A stretch of DNA of 64,000 nt from Hormiphora californensis. Lineage: Eukaryota > Animalia > Ctenophora. A program made the translations under genes and the position numbers. The stretch lies in NCBI GenBank assembly GCA_020137815.1, contig CM035357.1:6758001-6822000 (forward strand), read 5' to 3'. Of the stretch, positions 47,890 through 64,000 are shown piece by piece. Positions within the stretch are counted from its first letter, which is position 1. Every line of letters starts with the position of its first letter. The notes below the pieces were generated by a model, which was not told the origin of the DNA, searched no databases, and was given only the letters and a program-made list of their open reading frames with translations.

Positions 47890-50800
47890 ATGAAGTTCAC
47901 CGTCAAAACTATCAACTCTAATCGCTATGAGTTTGAGGTTGACGAGGACGAGACGGTGGAGAGCTTAAAACAAAAACTGCAAGAGAAAACAAACATTGAT
48001 CCCGCTCGACAGAAACTCATATTCCTGGGGAAGGTGCTGCAAAATCAGAAGAAACTAGCTGAATACAATGTCGATGGGAAGGTGTTACATTTAGTTGAGA
48101 GTGCATCAGGGGCTGGTGGTCCCTCTGGAGGGGCTGCTCCTCAACGAACCAACTCCACAACAACGTCTAGTACCCAACACAGCCATGGGACAACAACAAG
48201 GGTAAACCAGGAAGCAACAAGAGAAGCAAACCGTATGATGGACCAGATTATGTCGAGTTTGGGTGTTGATGTTAACCAGGCTAGGTATGCAACTTGTTTG
48301 TGTTAGTCATATCCACATATTATTCTGAATCTTCCTATACTATGATCCGATTATCTTTCGATATCACCAAGTTCTCTTGTTATGATATAGTGATGATATT
48401 ATTTTCTCCCTAGTGTAACTCGACACAATCTGGGAAATGGAAGTGTTGCTTTGAATATGAGTGTAGCGAGTGGTACTAACGAAGAAGTTGACATACAGAT
48501 AATAAACAGTACAACTACCCAAGGTACAGCCATGTAGAGAAAGTTCGTTTTTTACATGACTTGAAAATTGTCTGATTTCTGTTTTTGTTAACCCACTAAA
48601 ACCCTTTCAGAAGTTCCCACTACTACCACGACAGAAGGGGGATCCCAGCAAAACTCCACTACCTCTACCAGCAGTACAACTAGCAGTACAACTAATACCT
48701 CCCAACCAGGGGGCAGCACTGGTAGGAGAGGTCCACCCCCAAACCTAGAACGAGTCATTGGCCACCTCCGATCAGTTCGAGACTTGATGCAACATATCAA
48801 CTGCACCACCCCAGCCGCACAAGATGTCGTCAGCTCCGTCCTGATGCAGCCGTGTATCAGGGGTCAGCACACAACAGGCCCCAGTGTGGAACAGGGAGCC
48901 ACACCGGAGGAGGTTCAACAGAGAGCTAATAGCAGGGAAACTATTGAAACATATGCCCACATAATGATAGACATGGCTGATATAATGCAGGAACTGGTGC
49001 GATACATGAACCAGTACGCTAAGCTACTACACAGGGATCCCCCGCTTACTGGAGGAGACTTGGTCCATTGCCAGAATTTAGTTGACAGGCTGGGTATGGT
49101 GTTTCACGAGATATCCCATGCCTTCCACTCCCTATCTGACTATAGTATCACACTTGACTCACCCCTCCCTCGGAGGCTATGGATGGCCCAAATTGCGGGA
49201 GCTCACCAGATTGTAGTTGAGGCCCGGGATGCGAATGGGCAACCCCAACAGATGAGACAAGAACTAAACATGTTGCAACAACAGTTGAGGAATCTAGGTG
49301 GTGGGGTGGGTGGAGCTGCTAGGATGACTGGTAACTTCGGAGCTAATACACCGCAATTCAGGATCGGACCGGAGGGTCAGCGTCTTGGTTTTGGGAGGGG
49401 TACAGCAAGAGCCCCAGGAGGTCCAGGAGCTGCCCCAGGGGGTCCAGGAGCTGCCCCAGGTTCGGGGGCTCCTAGTGCACCTGGTGCCCCTAGTGCACCC
49501 GGTTTTGGGAGAGCCAGACCTGCCCCACCATCCTCCCAACCCCAGCAACCTGGAAGGGGTCCAGCTGCAGCTGCACCACCATCCTCCCAGCAGGGTGCCA
49601 CTCCAAACCAACCCGGTACAACTCCAAACCAACCTGGCACCACTCCAAACCAACCCCAGCCTGGTAACAATGGATGGGGAACACAATACTCCGTGTCCCT
49701 GGAGATGCCTGTAATGTCCCTGGGACGAGGTGGTCCAATTGGGGGAGTTGGGCAGCCCAATATCAGGGTCCAGACCACCCGGGGAGGGATACCTGGCCGG
49801 GGTCCAACAGGTAACATGACTCCCTCCACATCTCTAATCTGCCACTCCCGCCACAGCATCCCCTTTAATGCCCGGTGTCCAGTCCATCAGCAGGGTGGGA
49901 ACAATGCAGCTCCCCAACACGGGCATGTCCATCACGTTCATGGGCGGACCAGGCATGCCCACAGCCACAACCGTCCACCCCGGCCCCCGACAACGGGAGG
50001 TGCTACAACTGGAGGCCCCCAACAACAACCCCCAACCAGGCCCCCTCCTGCTGCCCCTACAATGGGAAACAACTTGATGCAACAAATGATGGCTACCCTA
50101 ACAGGGGATCAAGATCCAGAACGGGTTGGGAGGTACACAGCTCTCGCTGAACGGATGATGCGCCAACCCGACCAACCCATCGCCTCATTTTGGCCTCAAA
50201 TGAGAGAGGTTTGGGCGAGTGATATTGAAATACCTGATCCAAGTCGAGTTAGTGAGATGATGGAAATAGTTGGATCTCGATACACAGCTATGGAGCTGTT
50301 GAATGCCCTCCAAAATACTGCCATGTTTGATATCATCTACCAGCCTTTAAGATCTCATTTCACGGCGGCCATTTTCAATGATGCCGCACCTTCTGATCGC
50401 GAGATAGAGGAGGTCGTTGAGGGAATAACTACCCGAGAAAGGGAGCTAATTCTCGCTGCATTTGATTATAGATCAACAGCCGGTGGAAATATTGATGAAG
50501 GAGCAACCATTATCGTCATGGTGAGAGAGTTTCTGTGCAGTGTCTTCAGAAGTCTGTACAACACTACCAGGGGTGATATTGCTGCAGGGTTTGGGGGAGA
50601 GTTTGGGAGGGCTCTCATCAGGTTGATGAGTCTCTCGATGGCACTGAACAGGGAGGTAACAGATCCTAACTCAGACCAAGGCAGGATGATGGGTAGCCTC
50701 ATGCAGGCCATGAGGTACCTCCTCCCCATCCAGAATATCTCGTCAAGTGATCTGAACACCCGGTATATTGTCAGGAAGATCAGAACCCACCGCTCCTCAG

Positions 50801-51468
50801 CCCCCTCCTCCCACAGCACCAGAGGAGACCACCACCCCTCCTGCATGCTCCATCCCAGGATGACCCAGAGGAAGAGGAAGAGGAGTTTGTGGATGCATGA
50901 GGATGGTGGACCTCCACCTCTAGCGGATAGTAGTGTGGAGGAGGCCATGGAGGGTGTTACAAATGGAGATCTACCTGATGATGTCATACCAAGAAACACA
51001 GTTCCAGAGGTTCCAAGAAATGCAGTTCCAGCAGTTTCGAGGAACACAACTAGGAACAATGCAGCAGCTCCAGCAGTAGCAAGAGAGAGTGTTGTGCGAG
51101 GAGCAGCAGCAGCTGCAGCCCCTAAAACCACCCCAATCCCAGAGGAATGGAAGGCAGTGCTGGAAAAGGATGCCCAAGTGATCAGATCGACCAAGTACGG
51201 TGACCTATCAGATGGTTATGTTGGCAGTTTGCCAGCGAAACGGCGCCGAACAACCAAACGAAGCTCCGATAAACCTGACGAGATATTGGAGGAGCTGTTG
51301 GGTGCCAGTGGGGCTGGAACATCCGCAACCCCAGATCCAGAGTTACAGGCCATGTTTAGGGATAGGCTAAAGGAGGATCTGAGAAGGAAGATTAGAGATC
51401 ATAAGGGAGATATAGATGAGGGGAAGTTTCCTGCAGCAAGTGCTCTGGAGAAGGGTGAGAAGAAGTGA
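47890..51468 (+). CDS. BAG6: Large proline-rich protein BAG6 (UBL, proline-rich region, C-terminal BAG-similar domain)
   Basis: Exons 47890-48284 (UBL with QKLIFLGKVL and KVLHLVE), 48414-48523, 48611-51468. C-terminus IPEEWKAVLEKD..LSDGYVGSLPAKRRR..DLRRKI..KFPAA matches the BAG6 tail. Confidence 0.9.
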
Positions 51469-52428
51469 TATGACTGCCTCGACTGTGCTCGGGGGGACTG
51501 TGTTTGGACTACTAGATCTGGAATGGTAGATACATTGTTTTCTTGCAACTATAACTTGGAGTGAGTGATGGGCGTGAGAGGAATGGGTTTATTGATTTTG
51601 TGTGTTGATTCTTTATATATCTTTAGTAGGTTAATTAGGTTACTAATTCTGAGACAACACTGATCTATGGACTATGGGCAGTAGTAATTCTACCTAATAA
51701 TAATAAGTAGTAATTCCTCCTAATAATAATAATATTCTTTATATTCCCATATATTATTTATCTTGTTTTGTGAATATATTGCGGTCTTATCTCCCCCCCC
51801 CCCACATCGCTCCAACGGCCAACTCCCTATTTACGCAATATAATTTGTGTATCCCGCATTTCAAAACACATGACTCTCATATAACGTGTCACGTGACTCT
51901 ATTCAATTGTAGATAAATTCTTTGCATGAGTACACTTTTGATACACTTCTGAGAATCTCGCCTCATTTTCCTGTATTTCTCTCCTTTCGTTGATCTAATC
52001 CTCTTGCTTGCAGTGATATCCTTTCTATAGAACATCCCCATTCTTCATAATCATTGTTGAGTCTCACCCCTTACTCAACAACATTCCACATGATCGCATT
52101 TTGAGAAGACACACCGTCTTCCCCTTTGATTATACCCCCTCCCCCTGATCTGTGTATTTCTACTTCACCCCACGCACCCCGCTTTATCCTCTGTTCATCC
52201 CTATATAGCTACCATATCATACCCCTGGCTCCTTTCATCCCTTTCTCCCTTAACATATATCCATCTATTGAAGCTCCTCTGTTCACCCTGCTATATATCC
52301 CATCTCCCTCTCTTGCTATAGCTGATAGCTCCGATGTTCAGTCCCTTACTGTATAATCACCCCCCTCTCCATTGTATTATAGCTGATATGTGTCAGGTTA
52401 GAATGCCTTAGTTAGCCCTGAGAGAGAG

Positions 52429-63050
<10,622 letters not shown>

Positions 63051-63097
63051 GTGAGTAGTTACCATGACAACTTTAGTTAGTTACCATGGCAACTTAA

Positions 63098-64000
63098 GGG
63101 TACGCTAACCAAAAATTTTTTTCGAGTGCAGGGTAATCTCTCACCGTAGGGTTGTAGGCCATGCCAAGGAGACCTCAAATACGCAATTTGAGCTCTCAAG
63201 TCGAATTCATATTTTTGCTACAGCTGCTTGAAAAATGAACTGAAAATAAGTTTTTGGCACCTCAAAAAAATTTTTTTAAAGATAGGAGCATGAAAATTTG
63301 GGGATTTGAAGAGGACATAAAGGTGAATAACCACAAAAAATTTTTATGCAATCCGAGCTGATTTCCGGTCCTGAGATGGATTTCTTTTTTTCCACTTTAA
63401 CGCCCTATTTGGCAAAGTTCCGAAAACATGTGAAAGCTGTAAATTGGTGAAAAGTTGCGTCTAACGATTATCTAAGTGGCCATAAATTTTGGGCGCGTCC
63501 TTATTTGAGATAAGCTGTACAGAGTTTTTTTTGTGAAAGCCGTCATTTCAGAAATAAATAAATTCTCTGTATCTCAAAAACGGCTGATCGTAGAGACCTG
63601 AGACTATGCTTAAACGACTCAGAAGGTCCGATTTTGGGGGGGTCTTCTGAGAGACATTTTGCTCCTACTTCAACCGTTTTTGCTGTAATTGCGAAAAACA
63701 AATTCTGTGAAAAGGGCAAAAGCTAAACTCCAATATCCTGCAATTAGGGAATTTTAGCTAAGAAAGGACCGAAACTATGGAAAAATGTGTAACAAGCTAA
63801 TTCCTTCACTATTTGGTCCATATGGGTCCTTATAATCACCAAAAACAAAATCACAAAAAATCCACGATGGCGAAGATGGGTTTTTGTTTTTCGCAATTAC
63901 AGCAAAAACGGTTGAAGTAGGAGCAAAATGTCTCTCAGAAGACCCCCCCAAAATCGGACCTTCTGAATCGTTTAAGCATAGTCTCAGGTCTCTACGATCA
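63098..64000. mobile_element. Diverged subfamily of the Kolobok/T2-type palindromic MITE, truncated by the window end
   Basis: TTAA-GGGTACGC start; inner arm CAGAAGGTCCGATTTTGGGGGGGTCTTCTGAGAGAC shared with copies 1 and 2; right arm begins near 63885. Confidence 0.85.

Noticed and set aside
50770-50900. Odd BAG6 segment (RTHRSSAPSS..RKRKRSLW) as a programmed frameshift or extra NLS
   Set aside because: Alternative frames give more natural EPTAPQPPPP and DDPEEEEEEFVDA; compensating indel errors are likelier, as at LNX 55441 and in the sulfotransferase-like gene.

Overview
Intron-rich animal genomic DNA, not prokaryotic. I infer a ctenophore of the Pleurobrachia/Hormiphora type from a remembered repeat family and the gene style; this is unverified. 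On the + strand: the 3' end of an axonemal inner-arm dynein heavy chain (DNAH3-like), two intronless ORFs (a multi-pass membrane protein and a sulfotransferase-like P-loop protein), DAW1/WDR69, PIGK/GPI8, tRNA-Met(CAT), a membrane protein of about four TM segments, BAG6 and an LNX-like RING-PDZ ligase. On the - strand: a matrixin-type metalloprotease with ShK and Sushi domains. Three genes appear nested in introns: an F-type-lectin-like gene (presumed dynein intron), a pentraxin (DAW1) and a rhodopsin-class GPCR (PIGK). Long introns are filled with non-autonomous, often nested TIR or fold-back elements (Kolobok/T2-, Harbinger-, hAT-, mariner-, Helentron- and Crypton-like). Most notable: (1) a complete pentraxin gene enclosed by degenerate inverted arms inside a same-strand DAW1 intron; (2) a twice-present, covarying multi-hairpin element with GNA triloops and recombinase-site-like ends; (3) frequent tandem duplication of splice junctions and of the dynein stop codon; (4) poly(G)/poly(C)-capped TIR elements and a 23-bp hairpin micro-element with TSDs. 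Some segments look like low-quality assembly. Exon coordinates were read by eye.
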